From: Abditibacterium sp.
GTDB lineage: Bacteria > Armatimonadota > Abditibacteriia > Abditibacteriales > Abditibacteriaceae
Length of the DNA stretch: 64,000 nucleotides
Reading direction: 5' to 3'
Assembly: GCA_965246885.1 (NCBI GenBank)
Contig: OZ251992.1
Coordinates: forward strand, 1 to 64,000
In this document: positions 9,339-18,447 of the stretch, one piece after another
Layout: every line of letters starts with the position of its first letter
How positions within the stretch are numbered: position 1 is the first letter of the stretch
Translations under genes and position numbers: made by a program
The notes under the pieces: model-generated
Databases searched by the model: none
What the model was told of the DNA's origin: nothing
What the model saw: the letters and a program-made list of their open reading frames with translations, nothing else

Positions 9339-10454
9339 ATGGCACAAAGTCGACCCACTGGGCAAGCCGTGATTAAAGTCATCGGCGTCGGCGGCGGCGG
9401 CTCCAACGCCGTCAACCGCATGATCGAAGCCGGAGTTACCGGCGTGGAATTTATCGTCGTCAACACCGACAAACAAGCGCTTGACCGCTCGCAGGCCGAG
9501 CACAAAATCCAAATAGGCACGGGCGTCACAAGCGGTTTGGGCGCGGGCGGCAACCCCGAAGTCGGGCACCGCTCCGCCGAGGAATCGCGCGACGAAATCG
9601 TCGAGGCCATTGCCAAAGCCGATTTGGTCTTCGTGACCGCCGGAATGGGCGGCGGAACCGGCACGGGCGCCGCGCCCGTTGTCGCCGACATCGCGCGGCA
9701 AACCGGCGCCCTCACGGTCGCTGTCGTGACCAAGCCCTTCAAGTTTGAAGGCCCGCAACGCCGCGACGCGGGCGACAACGGCATCGAGAAACTGCGCAAC
9801 GTCGTGGACTCGTTCATCGTTGTCCCCAACGAGAAGCTGCTCGAAGTGCTCCCGCGCAAAATCAAAATCCGCGAGGCTTTCGACGCCGCCGACGACGTGC
9901 TCCGTCAAGGAGTGCAGGGGATTTCTGACCTTATCACCATCCCCGGCGACGTCAACCTCGACTTTCAGGACGTTCGCACCGTGATGGGCGGCGCTGGCCC
10001 CGCCCTGATGGGCATCGGCAAAGGCGCGGGCGAAACGCGCGCGATGGACGCCGCCAATCAAGCCATTTCGTCGCCGTTCTTGGAAATCCCGATTAGCGGC
10101 GCCAAGAAATTGCTCATCAACGTCACGGCGGGCGACGACCTTGGCATCGGCGAAGTGGACGAGATCGTCGAACTTATCCGCGAGCAGTGCGGCACGGACA
10201 CCAACGTCTTCTGGGGCTTGGCGTTCAACCCCGCGATGGAGGACGAAATCATCGTCACCGTCGTAGCCACAGGCTACGAGCACGGAAGTCTACCCGCCAA
10301 TTTGTCCTTTCCCACAACCGCATCGGGCGCCATCAACGCGATGGGCAGCCTCAACTCCAACCGGGGCATCCAACCCCAAAGCCAAAGCGGAAACCGCCAA
10401 ATGCCCGCGATGGACGACGTGGACGTCCCCTCCTTCCTGCGCCGCCGGGACTAA
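9339..10454 (+). CDS. ftsZ: Cell division protein FtsZ
   Basis: [26 protein letters not shown] tubulin signature, C-terminal [16 protein letters not shown]. Confidence 0.97.
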   Translation: MAQSRPTGQAVIKVIGVGGGGSNAVNRMIEAGVTGVEFIVVNTDKQALDRSQAEHKIQIGTGVTSGLGAGGNPEVGHRSAEESRDEIVEAIAKADLVFVTAGMGGGTGTGAAPVVADIARQTGALTVAVVTKPFKFEGPQRRDAGDNGIEKLRNVVDSFIVVPNEKLLEVLPRKIKIREAFDAADDVLRQGVQGISDLITIPGDVNLDFQDVRTVMGGAGPALMGIGKGAGETRAMDAANQAISSPFLEIPISGAKKLLINVTAGDDLGIGEVDEIVELIREQCGTDTNVFWGLAFNPAMEDEIIVTVVATGYEHGSLPANLSFPTTASGAINAMGSLNSNRGIQPQSQSGNRQMPAMDDVDVPSFLRRRD

Positions 10455-10471
10455 GTTTTGGAGGGGAAAGC

Positions 10472-10505
10472 AGAGGAAGAAGGGACACCCTTTCTTCCTC
10501 TTTTT
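10472..10505 (+). terminator. Intrinsic terminator after ftsZ
   Basis: AGAGGAAGAAGG..CCTTTCTTCCTCT stem followed by a T run. Confidence 0.65.
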
Positions 10506-10545
10506 GGTTGGAATGGTTGGCGGGAACAATGGAGACTGGGCTTCC

Positions 10546-10974
10546 ATGCAGCGTTCCAAAATCGAGGTGTTCGTGCATTATGTATGGACGACCAAGAACC
10601 GCGCGTTTCTGATTGAGCCGCATATGGAGCGGCTCCTAAGCCGCGTCATCGGCCACGAGATTATCCGCTTGAAGTGCAAGCCACTCGCGCTTGGCGTGTT
10701 GCCCGACCACGTTCATGTCGCGGTGAAGATGCACTCGACGGTGGCGATCGCGTCGCTCGCTCAGAGCATGAAGGGAGTGTCGTCGAAGATGTTGGCGACG
10801 CAGTTCAATTTAGGCGGCGCCTTCGACTGGCAAGACCGCTATGGCGCGTTCAGCATCGGTCGCGGCGAGGAGTTGGCGCGGGTGCTGGCGTATGTTCGCA
10901 ATCAAAAGGAGCATCACGCGCGCGGGGATGTGTGGGACGAATGGGAAGAAGCGGAAACGGAGGTAACTTCTTGA
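10546..10974 (+). mobile_element. tnpA: IS200/IS605-family Y1 HUH transposase (TnpA/RAYT-like), no tnpB
   Basis: HYVWTTKNR, PDHVH (HUH), KGVSS, WQDRYGAFSI, YVRNQKEHH (catalytic Tyr). Confidence 0.88.
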
Positions 10975-10990
10975 GGGATGGTTGCCCCTG

Positions 10991-11152
10991 TGAACACGCC
11001 CTGAAGGACGTGGCACGGAGCCATTGGCTGGTCGTGCTCCGCACGAGTGGTAGTTGCGACAACCTTGCGCGAGCGCAGCAAAGTGGCGCCCGGAACTCGT
11101 GCGGAGCACGACCAGCCAATGGCTCCGTGCCACGTCCTTCAGGGCGTGTTCA
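10991..11152. repeat. Perfect 58-bp inverted repeat (REPIN-like, copy 2) directly downstream of tnpA
   Basis: Arms 10991-11048 and 11095-11152 are exact reverse complements with a 46-nt spacer; each arm holds two small hairpins. Confidence 0.9.
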
Positions 11153-11186
11153 GCATTGGCAGGCTATCACTGCCACACTCCTTCCC

Positions 11187-11879
11187 ATGAAAATCGCCCT
11201 CTCCGTTTCTTACCCCGCGCCGCCGTCCGACGACAAGGACAAGTGGCGCATCGCGTGTTACCTCGACGCCATCCGCATCGGCGGCGGCGAGGGGACGGTG
11301 TTGTTCTTGGACGAGTGGGAACACCGCGCCGCCGAAGTCGCGCGAGAGTTCGGGGGGTTGGTGCTGAGTGGCGGCGCCGATTTGCCGACGAGTTGGTATG
11401 GGCAAGAGCCGCTCGAAGGCGCGGGGTTGGACATCGTGTCGCCGCGCCGCCCGGAGTTCGAGCGGCAGTTGGTCGGGGAATTTCTGGCGGCGAAGAAGCC
11501 GGTGCTGGGCATCTGCTACGGGCTACAGTTCCTCAACGTCTACCGGGGCGGGGCGCTTTATCAAGACCTGCACCTGCAAACGGGCGCGACTTATCCGCAC
11601 GAGAACGGGGAGTTGCACACCGTCCGGCTCGCGCGCGACTGCCAGTTGTTCGGTATCATCGGCGAGGAGGAGTTCGCGGTGCCCTCGTTCCACCATCAGG
11701 CGGTTTCGGAGGTGGCGCCGGGAGGCCGCGCCGTCGCGTGGGCGGACGACGGAACAATCGAAGCAGTCGAGTGGGCGGGCGAGTCGTGGTTTCTGGGCGT
11801 GCAATGGCACCCCGAACGCGCGCCGGACTCGAACGCGACGAAGCGGCTGATGCGGGCGTTCGTGGCGGCGTGCTCTTAA
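11187..11879 (+). CDS. Peptidase C26 / gamma-glutamyl-GABA hydrolase family (class I glutamine amidotransferase)
   Basis: LSGGAD, PVLGICYGLQ, SFHHQAV, GVQWHPE. Confidence 0.9.
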   Translation: MKIALSVSYPAPPSDDKDKWRIACYLDAIRIGGGEGTVLFLDEWEHRAAEVAREFGGLVLSGGADLPTSWYGQEPLEGAGLDIVSPRRPEFERQLVGEFLAAKKPVLGICYGLQFLNVYRGGALYQDLHLQTGATYPHENGELHTVRLARDCQLFGIIGEEEFAVPSFHHQAVSEVAPGGRAVAWADDGTIEAVEWAGESWFLGVQWHPERAPDSNATKRLMRAFVAACS

Positions 11880-11900
11880 AACCCGTGCGCTAACCTTTGG

Positions 11901-12767
11901 GTGTTGAAACGCGATTTCTGGGTGGGTTTGACTGCGGGCGCCGTCGCGGGGTGGGGTCTGGCGGAGCCGTATTGCGTGCGCATACGGCGCTTCGAGGTGC
12001 GACTCCAAAACCTGCCGCGTGCGGCGGAAGGGTGTCGCGTGGTGCAAGTGTCCGACTTGCACGCGGGGATGGTCGCGCCGCTTTGGTTGACGCGACATAT
12101 TTTGCGCTTGGCGGGACGCGAGAAGGCGGACGTGATTGTGCTGACGGGCGACATGGTGTCGCGGCGCGGGTCATATTTCCCTTGGATACGGGCGCTGGCG
12201 CCGCCGATTACCGATTACGCGCGGCACTTGGAGCCGATGCTGCGCGAACTGGCGACGCCGCTTGGCGTGTGGGCCATCGTGGGCAATCACGATTTGTGGA
12301 AGGGCGAGCGGGGCGAACTTCAGGTCGGCGACTTCGCGCCCGTCGCGCGGCACTTGACGGCGGCGGGCGTGCGGGTGCTGCGCAACGAAGCGGCGACTCT
12401 TTCCAACGGTTTGGCGCTTGTCGGGATGGACGACCTGCGCGAGGGAGCGCCCGATGTCGGAAGGGCGACGCGCGGCATCGCGCCCGACGCGGCGCAACTC
12501 GTGCTTTCCCACAACCCGCGCTTGGCGGGACTGTTCGCGGGGCGAAACGCTCTGGTTCTGAGCGGCCACACGCACGGTGGGCAAGCGCGACTACCGCCGC
12601 CCTTCGCGCTTTATCCCGTTGACGCGGTTTCGAGCCGTTGGCAACGCGGCTGGTGGCAAGTCGGGCGCGCGCAGCTTTACGTTTCGACCGGCGCCGGACA
12701 CATCGGCGCCCCGTTCCGCTTGGGCGTCCCCCCCGAAATCGCCGTCTTCACCCTGCGGCGGGCCTAA
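11901..12767 (+). CDS. Metallophosphoesterase (YkuE-like)
   Basis: SDLH, LTGD, GNHD, LSHNP, SGHTHGGQ, PPEIAVFTL. Confidence 0.88.
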   Translation: MLKRDFWVGLTAGAVAGWGLAEPYCVRIRRFEVRLQNLPRAAEGCRVVQVSDLHAGMVAPLWLTRHILRLAGREKADVIVLTGDMVSRRGSYFPWIRALAPPITDYARHLEPMLRELATPLGVWAIVGNHDLWKGERGELQVGDFAPVARHLTAAGVRVLRNEAATLSNGLALVGMDDLREGAPDVGRATRGIAPDAAQLVLSHNPRLAGLFAGRNALVLSGHTHGGQARLPPPFALYPVDAVSSRWQRGWWQVGRAQLYVSTGAGHIGAPFRLGVPPEIAVFTLRRA

Positions 12768-13653
12768 GCAGCGCCTCTATCTCCGCGTCCGGCATCTTCC
12801 CCCGCAAAAAGTCGCGCCAGAGGAGAAGAGCTTCAAGGCGCTCGTGGGCGGTGGGTGCAGCCCGCTCAATCCCAATGGAGAAGTCAAGATGATAGCCGTT
12901 GCGAGCGTAGCCCTTTGGAAATTCACGCGGGGCAACATGGAAGGCATCAGCAAACAAAGCGCGAAACGCTGTGAGAGCGTATGCGGAGACGCCGGGATTG
13001 CGACTCGGCATGAAGACATTGGAAAAGTTGGAGCGACCATCATCTGCGAAAGGAGGAAAGTCAACTCGAAGCATCCCGCGACTTTGAGCCGGGAGAAACA
13101 AAAGCGCGTAACCTCGCATAAGCTGTTCAAATTCCCGGCGTGACCCTTTGTTCCAGTCCACATAATCGCAAGCGTTGGTAGGGTTTTTAATCCAAGGCCG
13201 CGCTTCCGCGAGTTCTTCTTCGGAGATGAAAGACACCAGCGACTGAACAGCATTTGGCTTCAGGTGCAGGCAATCGTGGGCGTTGCGCGGACGTGGAAGG
13301 GGCATCTCGATTCGCGCGAACCGCTCGCCATCGAGAAAACCGAAGAGAAAGAACTTGTGCCGAAAGAAGACGCACTCGTCGTCGTTTAACGGCCACACGC
13401 GCCAGAAATTTGCGCTTGCCAGCACTTTGTTGAGTTGCTCCCGAACGTCCGTAGGTATATGGCTCCCCTTCACAAGACCGTCTTGGTTGCCTCGCCCAAA
13501 GTAGCGCCACACGACGCCGACTTCGGCTTCTGCGGGCCGCAAGTAGAAGTCGCGCCCAATGGTTGTCCACTCAACGGGGAAAGGTTCTCCTTTAGCGCCC
13601 GCTAATTCCAACTCATTCTCAAACCGCCGAAAGAGCGGGTGTTCGCTTTGCAT
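12748..13653 (-). CDS. Hypothetical protein, lower GC
   Basis: About 300 aa ORF with GGGAGG SD before ATG 13653; no recognised motif. Confidence 0.6.
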   Translation of the reverse strand: MQSEHPLFRRFENELELAGAKGEPFPVEWTTIGRDFYLRPAEAEVGVVWRYFGRGNQDGLVKGSHIPTDVREQLNKVLASANFWRVWPLNDDECVFFRHKFFLFGFLDGERFARIEMPLPRPRNAHDCLHLKPNAVQSLVSFISEEELAEARPWIKNPTNACDYVDWNKGSRREFEQLMRGYALLFLPAQSRGMLRVDFPPFADDGRSNFSNVFMPSRNPGVSAYALTAFRALFADAFHVAPREFPKGYARNGYHLDFSIGIERAAPTAHERLEALLLWRDFLRGKMPDAEIEALLRPAAG

Positions 13654-13768
13654 CCTCCCAGTTTGGTTCACGAAGCGCGGGACGGTTTAAACTGGCGGGC
13701 CTCAGTTCCCGGTGTGTTTGGCTCTCGTTCCGCGCGGGACGGGAGTTTTTGCTGCGCGGCGCCCTTTT

Positions 13769-14071
13769 ATGAACAAGCAACTCGAACTCATCCCGCCCGA
13801 ATGGTCGCCCTACTTGGTGCTGGCGGCGAGCGTGCTGCTGTCCCTCGTGTGCGCCCTCTTGGGGTTTATCGCTCGTAAGGCGCGCGGGTTGATCGCCGTT
13901 TTGGTGGGGCCGATGGTGCTTGGATTGTGGGCGCTGCACGGGGCGCTGGTGGCGCGGTGGGGGATGGATTCGCTGGGGCTGTTAGCCTTTGAAGGGCTGG
14001 TTTTCGTCGCGCTGGGCGCTTTGGTGGGCTGGGGCTGGAAGCGAATGGGCGCGGCGGAACTGGAGAATTAA
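13769..14071 (+). CDS. Small hypothetical membrane protein (3 TM)
   Basis: Hydrophobic ORF ending 8 nt before ilvC. Confidence 0.6.
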   Translation: MNKQLELIPPEWSPYLVLAASVLLSLVCALLGFIARKARGLIAVLVGPMVLGLWALHGALVARWGMDSLGLLAFEGLVFVALGALVGWGWKRMGAAELEN

Positions 14072-14079
14072 CCACGATC

Positions 14080-15069
14080 ATGGCTCAAATTTACTATGAC
14101 GCCGACGCCGACTTGGGCGTCCTCGAAGGCAAAACGGTCGCCGTTATCGGCTACGGCTCGCAAGGGCGCGGACAATCATTGTGCTTGCGCGACTCCGGGA
14201 TCCGCGTCGTCATCGGCGCGCGACCCGGCAAGTCGTTCGACCTCGCCAAGCAAGACGGCATGGAAGTCGTCTCGACCGAAGAAGCCGCCCAGCGCGGCGA
14301 CGTGATTCAGATTCTGGCGCAAGACCACTTGCAAGCCGAAATCTACGACAAGCAGGTCAAGCAGTTCCTGACGCCGGGCAAAGCCCTGCTCTTTTCGCAC
14401 GGCTTCAACATCCACTATGGCTACATCAAACCGGCGGCGGACATAGACGTGCTGATGGTGGCGCCCAAAGGCCCCGGCCCGTTCGTGCGCCGCCAGTTCG
14501 AGGAAGGCAAAGGCGTTCCCGCGCTCATCGCCATCCACCAAGACGCGACCGGTCACGCCCGCCAAATCGGGCTGGCCTACGCCAAGGGCTTGGGCGCCAC
14601 GCGCGCGGCGGTCTACGAGACCTCGTTCCGCGAAGAAACCGAGACCGACCTTTTCGGCGAGCAAGCCGTCTTGTGCGGCGGCATGAGCGAACTCGTGCGC
14701 GCCGGGTTCGAGACCCTCGTCGAAGCGGGCTACGCGCCGGAAATGGCGTACTTCGAGTGCTTGCACGAGATGAAGCTCATCGTGGACTTGATGTATGAGA
14801 AGGGCATCACCGGCATGCGCGCCGCCATTTCCGACACCGCCAAGTGGGGAGATGTGACCGTCGGCAAGCGCATTATCACCGCCGCCACGCGCGAAGAAAT
14901 GAAGCGCGTGTTGAACGACATCCAAAGCGCCCGCTTCGCCAAGGAATGGATGGCCGAAAACGCGGCAGGCCGCCACAACTTCGACGGGCGCTTAGGCGAA
15001 GAGAAAGACCACCAAATCGAAACCGTCGGCGAAAAACTGCGCGGCGATATGTCGTGGATGAAGAAGTAA
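14080..15069 (+). CDS. ilvC: Ketol-acid reductoisomerase (class I)
   Basis: [46 protein letters not shown]. Confidence 0.97.
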   Translation: MAQIYYDADADLGVLEGKTVAVIGYGSQGRGQSLCLRDSGIRVVIGARPGKSFDLAKQDGMEVVSTEEAAQRGDVIQILAQDHLQAEIYDKQVKQFLTPGKALLFSHGFNIHYGYIKPAADIDVLMVAPKGPGPFVRRQFEEGKGVPALIAIHQDATGHARQIGLAYAKGLGATRAAVYETSFREETETDLFGEQAVLCGGMSELVRAGFETLVEAGYAPEMAYFECLHEMKLIVDLMYEKGITGMRAAISDTAKWGDVTVGKRIITAATREEMKRVLNDIQSARFAKEWMAENAAGRHNFDGRLGEEKDHQIETVGEKLRGDMSWMKK

Positions 15070-15076
15070 ATCTTTT

Positions 15077-15149
15077 AGCCACCGATGGACACGGAAAACA
15101 CGGATAGGTTTGGATGCTTTATCCGTGTTTTCCGCGTTCATCGGTGGCT
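15077..15149. repeat. Imperfect ~30-bp inverted repeat built from CACGGA units
   Basis: AGCCACCGATGGACACGGAAAACACGGATA / TATCCGTGTTTTCCGCGTTCATCGGTGGCT. Confidence 0.75.
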
Positions 15150-15174
15150 GATGAAGTAGTTGGGGTAAGGCACT

Positions 15175-15681
15175 ATGGGACAGCCATACAAGACAATCGT
15201 CGCGAAAATAGCCGAGCGCGTGCCGGAAATTGCGCCCGCTTGCCAGCCTGAAACCGAATCGTTTTTGCAGCGATGTCAGCGTGGTTCGAGCGCGCCCCTC
15301 ACGGCTGAGGATGTCGAGTATCTGCGCGCGCTCCAGAAACAGCATCCCAGTGCATTATCGGATCGAGTGGAGGAGCCGCTTACCTATATAGTTTTCGAGA
15401 ATGATTTCATCCGGTTCTTTGTCGAAACACTTCACGACCCAACGAAGCATTCACGGCTACAAGAACTGCTGCAATGGCTCGAAGAACTAAGCACGGACTC
15501 TGATGTGGATGTGCGTAATTTAGTCGGCGTTGGTTTTTGTGAATGGTTGGTGAGTAGTGGCCAAGAACATTTGCAACAGTTGTGGCCCTTGATGGGCGAC
15601 GCGCTTCGCCAAGACTGCCGTGAGTTCGAGCCGCACTTCCGCATGAGCGAGGAGAACCGTCACTTGCTACGACAACGTTAA
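15175..15681 (+). CDS. Hypothetical alpha-helical protein, lower GC
   Basis: 168 aa ORF between ilvC and leuA; VRNLVGVGFCEWL motif; atypical codon usage. Confidence 0.65.
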   Translation: MGQPYKTIVAKIAERVPEIAPACQPETESFLQRCQRGSSAPLTAEDVEYLRALQKQHPSALSDRVEEPLTYIVFENDFIRFFVETLHDPTKHSRLQELLQWLEELSTDSDVDVRNLVGVGFCEWLVSSGQEHLQQLWPLMGDALRQDCREFEPHFRMSEENRHLLRQR

Positions 15682-15702
15682 AAGGAGGTTTGCACAACGT
15701 CC

Positions 15703-17388
15703 ATGAATCACACACACGACACTCAACAGGTGGGCGGGCAGCTTCCGTCCTTTGTGAAATACCGGCCTTTTCCGTCGGTGCATTTGCCCGACCGGACTTG
15801 GCCGGACAAAACGCTAACGGCGGCGCCGCGTTGGTGCAGCGTGGATTTGCGCGACGGGAATCAGGCGCTCGCCATTCCGATGAGCGTCGAGGAGAAGCTG
15901 GAGATGTTCGCGCTTCTGTGCGAGATCGGCTTCAAGGAAATCGAGATCGGCTTCCCTTCGGCCAGCCAAATCGAGTTCGACTTTTGTCGGCGCTTGATTG
16001 AGGAGGGGCGCATCCCGGATGGGGTGTCGGTGCAAGTGCTCGTGCAAGCGCGCGAGGAGTTAATCCGCCGCTCGTTCGAGGCGCTGCGCGGCGCGAAGCG
16101 GGCCATTGTCCACCTGTATAACTCGACCAACCCGGCGCAACGCAAGATTGTCTTCGGGATGTCGAAGGAGCAGGTGCGCGCCATTGCCGAAAACGGGGCG
16201 CGGCTCATCCGGCAATTGGCGGACGAGAACCCTGCCACGCAGTGGGTCATGCAGTATTCGCCGGAGTCGTTCGTCTTGACGGAGTTGGAATTCTCGCTCG
16301 AAGTGTGCGAGGCGGTTGCCGCCATCTGGGGGCCGACGCCGGACAACAAGATCATCCTGAACTTGCCGACGACGGTCGAGTCCTCGACGCCCAACGTTCA
16401 CGCCGACCAAATCGAGTGGTTCTGCCGCCATTTGAAGCACCGCGAATCGGCGGTTATCTCCCTGCACACGCACAACGACCGGGGGACGGGCGTGGCTTCG
16501 ACCGAGTTGGCGCTGCTTGCGGGCGCCGAGCGCGTCGAGGGCACCCTGTTCGGCAACGGCGAGCGCACGGGGAATCTGGACATCGTGACGGTCGCGCTCA
16601 ATATGTTCACGCAAGGCATCAATCCGGGTCTCGACTTCTCCGACTTGCCGCGCATCCGCGAGGTTTACGAGCGCACCACGCGCATGGAAGTCCCGCCGCG
16701 CCAGCCGTATGCGGGCGATTTGACGTTCACCGCCTTTTCCGGCTCGCATCAGGACGCCATCAACAAGGGCTTCGCCGCGCAGGACGCGAGCGGGGCGTGG
16801 GAAGTGCCGTATTTGCCCATTGACCCCAAGGACATCGGGCGCGATTATCAGGCCATCATCCGCTACAACTCGCAGTCGGGCAAAGGCGGCGCGGCGTTCT
16901 TGTTGGAGCAGAACTACGGCTTCGATTTGCCCAAAGCGATGCGAGTGGAGTTCGGCAAAATCCTCAACGCCTACGCCGACAAACTGGGGCGCGAGGTCGC
17001 CGCGAGCGAAATCTATGCGGAGTTCGAGCGCGAATATCTCCGCGTGGCTGCGCCCCTTGAACTCGAATCGTTCCGCTCGTTTGAGCGCGCCGAGGGGGTG
17101 CGAATCGCGGCGCGGGTGCGCGAAAACGGCGCATCGCGCGAGTTGGTCGGCAACGGCAACGGCCCGATTGATGCCTTCGTCGCGGCGCTGCAAACCGTTG
17201 GCATGGACGGCTTCACTTTTGAAAGCTACGCCGAACACTCGCTCGGAAGCGGCGCGAACGCGACGGCGGCGGCCTATGTGCAAATCGAGCGCGGCGGAAG
17301 ATTATTCTGGGGCGCGGGTGTGGACGCTTCCATCGAGCGAGCCTCGATTAAGGCGGTTTTGTCGGCGCTTAATCGGAGCGCGGTGTAA
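15703..17388 (+). CDS. leuA: 2-isopropylmalate synthase (yeast/actinobacterial-type LeuA)
   Basis: DRTWPDK, SVDLRDGNQAL, SLHTHNDRGT, GNGERTGN, regulatory domain GNGPID; AGGAGG SD. Confidence 0.97.
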   Translation: MNHTHDTQQVGGQLPSFVKYRPFPSVHLPDRTWPDKTLTAAPRWCSVDLRDGNQALAIPMSVEEKLEMFALLCEIGFKEIEIGFPSASQIEFDFCRRLIEEGRIPDGVSVQVLVQAREELIRRSFEALRGAKRAIVHLYNSTNPAQRKIVFGMSKEQVRAIAENGARLIRQLADENPATQWVMQYSPESFVLTELEFSLEVCEAVAAIWGPTPDNKIILNLPTTVESSTPNVHADQIEWFCRHLKHRESAVISLHTHNDRGTGVASTELALLAGAERVEGTLFGNGERTGNLDIVTVALNMFTQGINPGLDFSDLPRIREVYERTTRMEVPPRQPYAGDLTFTAFSGSHQDAINKGFAAQDASGAWEVPYLPIDPKDIGRDYQAIIRYNSQSGKGGAAFLLEQNYGFDLPKAMRVEFGKILNAYADKLGREVAASEIYAEFEREYLRVAAPLELESFRSFERAEGVRIAARVRENGASRELVGNGNGPIDAFVAALQTVGMDGFTFESYAEHSLGSGANATAAAYVQIERGGRLFWGAGVDASIERASIKAVLSALNRSAV

Positions 17389-17393
17389 GGGAG

Positions 17394-17490
17394 GACTCCC
17401 AGCCAAGAGGATTGGAAGAGGGCGGTAGCCCCACTTCAGCAAAGTAGCGACGGGGCTACCGCCCTCTTCCAATCCTCTTGGCTGGGAGTC
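17394..17490. repeat. Perfect 39-bp inverted repeat after leuA
   Basis: Arms 17394-17432 and 17452-17490, 19-nt spacer. Confidence 0.9.
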
Positions 17491-17637
17491 ACTTTATTTC
17501 CCTTCCGCCTTGCATACCCCAGAAACGGTTACACTGCGCGCGTCTTTTGGGCGGAGCGAGTACGAATCGTCGCAGAGGATGACTCGAAATAGTCGAGTGT
17601 GTTTGGCACCAACTGGTGCGAGGTATTGAAAGAGATA

Positions 17638-18141
17638 ATGGGAAAACGTTTGTTTGTGGGGAAACTCCCCTATTCGTTCCGCGACGCGGAATTGTCCGAG
17701 TTGTTCGGACAGGCAGGAACCGTGACCTTTGCACAGGTCATCATGGAACGCGATTCTAATCGCTCCAAAGGATTTGGATTCGTCGAGATGAACTCGGACG
17801 ATGAAGCGACGAAAGCCATTGACATGTTCAACGGCTACACGGTCAACGGTCTGCAACTCGCGGTGAACGAAGCGCGGCCCAAAGAAGATCGCGGTGGCGG
17901 CTTTGGCGGCGGCGGTGGCGGCGGTCGCTCTGGTGGCGGCGGCTACGGCGGGGGCGGCGGTCGCTCAAGTGGCGGTGGTTATGGTGGCGGTTCCCCGTCC
18001 TATGAGCGCGGCTACGAGTCGGGCGGCGGCGAAGGCGGCTACGGTGGCGGACGCTCTGGCGGCGGCTACGGTGGCGGCGGCGGACGCGGCGGAGATCGTC
18101 GCGGCGGCTCCGGTGGCGGTGGCCGCGACCGAGGCTACTAA
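17638..18141 (+). CDS. RRM RNA-binding protein with Gly/Arg-rich tail
   Basis: RNP2 LFVGKL, RNP1 KGFGFVEM, VNEARPK, long RGG/YGG tail. Confidence 0.93.
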   Translation: MGKRLFVGKLPYSFRDAELSELFGQAGTVTFAQVIMERDSNRSKGFGFVEMNSDDEATKAIDMFNGYTVNGLQLAVNEARPKEDRGGGFGGGGGGGRSGGGGYGGGGGRSSGGGYGGGSPSYERGYESGGGEGGYGGGRSGGGYGGGGGRGGDRRGGSGGGGRDRGY

Positions 18142-18159
18142 ACCAAATCATCAACCGAC

Positions 18160-18195
18160 GCGCCGGGGAACGAAAGTTCCCCGGCGCTTTTGTTT
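18160..18195 (+). terminator. Intrinsic terminator after the RRM gene
   Basis: GCGCCGGGGAAC-GAAA-GTTCCCCGGCGC followed by TTTTGTTT. Confidence 0.85.
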
Positions 18196-18375
18196 ACCAG
18201 CGTGCGCCGCGCAATGACAGAGGTGGGCGCGGCAATCCCCGACGTGCGCCGCGCAATCCCAGAGGTGCGGGATTGCACGGCGCACGTGGGCGAGACAGTG
18301 ACAGACGTCGGGGATTGAGCGGCGCACCTCTGTCATTGCATGGCGCACCTCTGTCATTGCGTGGCGCACGCTGGT
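18196..18375. repeat. Degenerate 21-bp-period array (8 units, mixed orientation) with a 30-bp terminal inverted repeat
   Basis: Units start at 18204, 18225 ... 18351; 18196-18225 and 18346-18375 are 29/30 reverse-complementary. Confidence 0.8.
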
Positions 18376-18447
18376 TATTGCGTCGCCGCATCCCGCGCGC
18401 GGCGCGACACTTTCGCAGGGGCGGAACTTTTGTTAAGATAGCGGGCG

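Noticed and set aside
8378..9865. 495-aa minus-strand ORF, and the 8976 upstream extension of ftsZ
   Set aside because: The ORF is a shadow of ftsZ/SprT. FtsZ homology and the SD support the ATG at 9339.
10674..11186. N-terminal extension of the C26 hydrolase ORF through tnpA and the inverted repeat
   Set aside because: It overlaps the transposase and the repeat; the family domain starts at ATG 11187.
17510..17535. TTGCAT..TACACT as a sigma70 promoter for the RRM gene
   Set aside because: The spacer is only 14 nt. The -10 may be real but the pairing is not supported.
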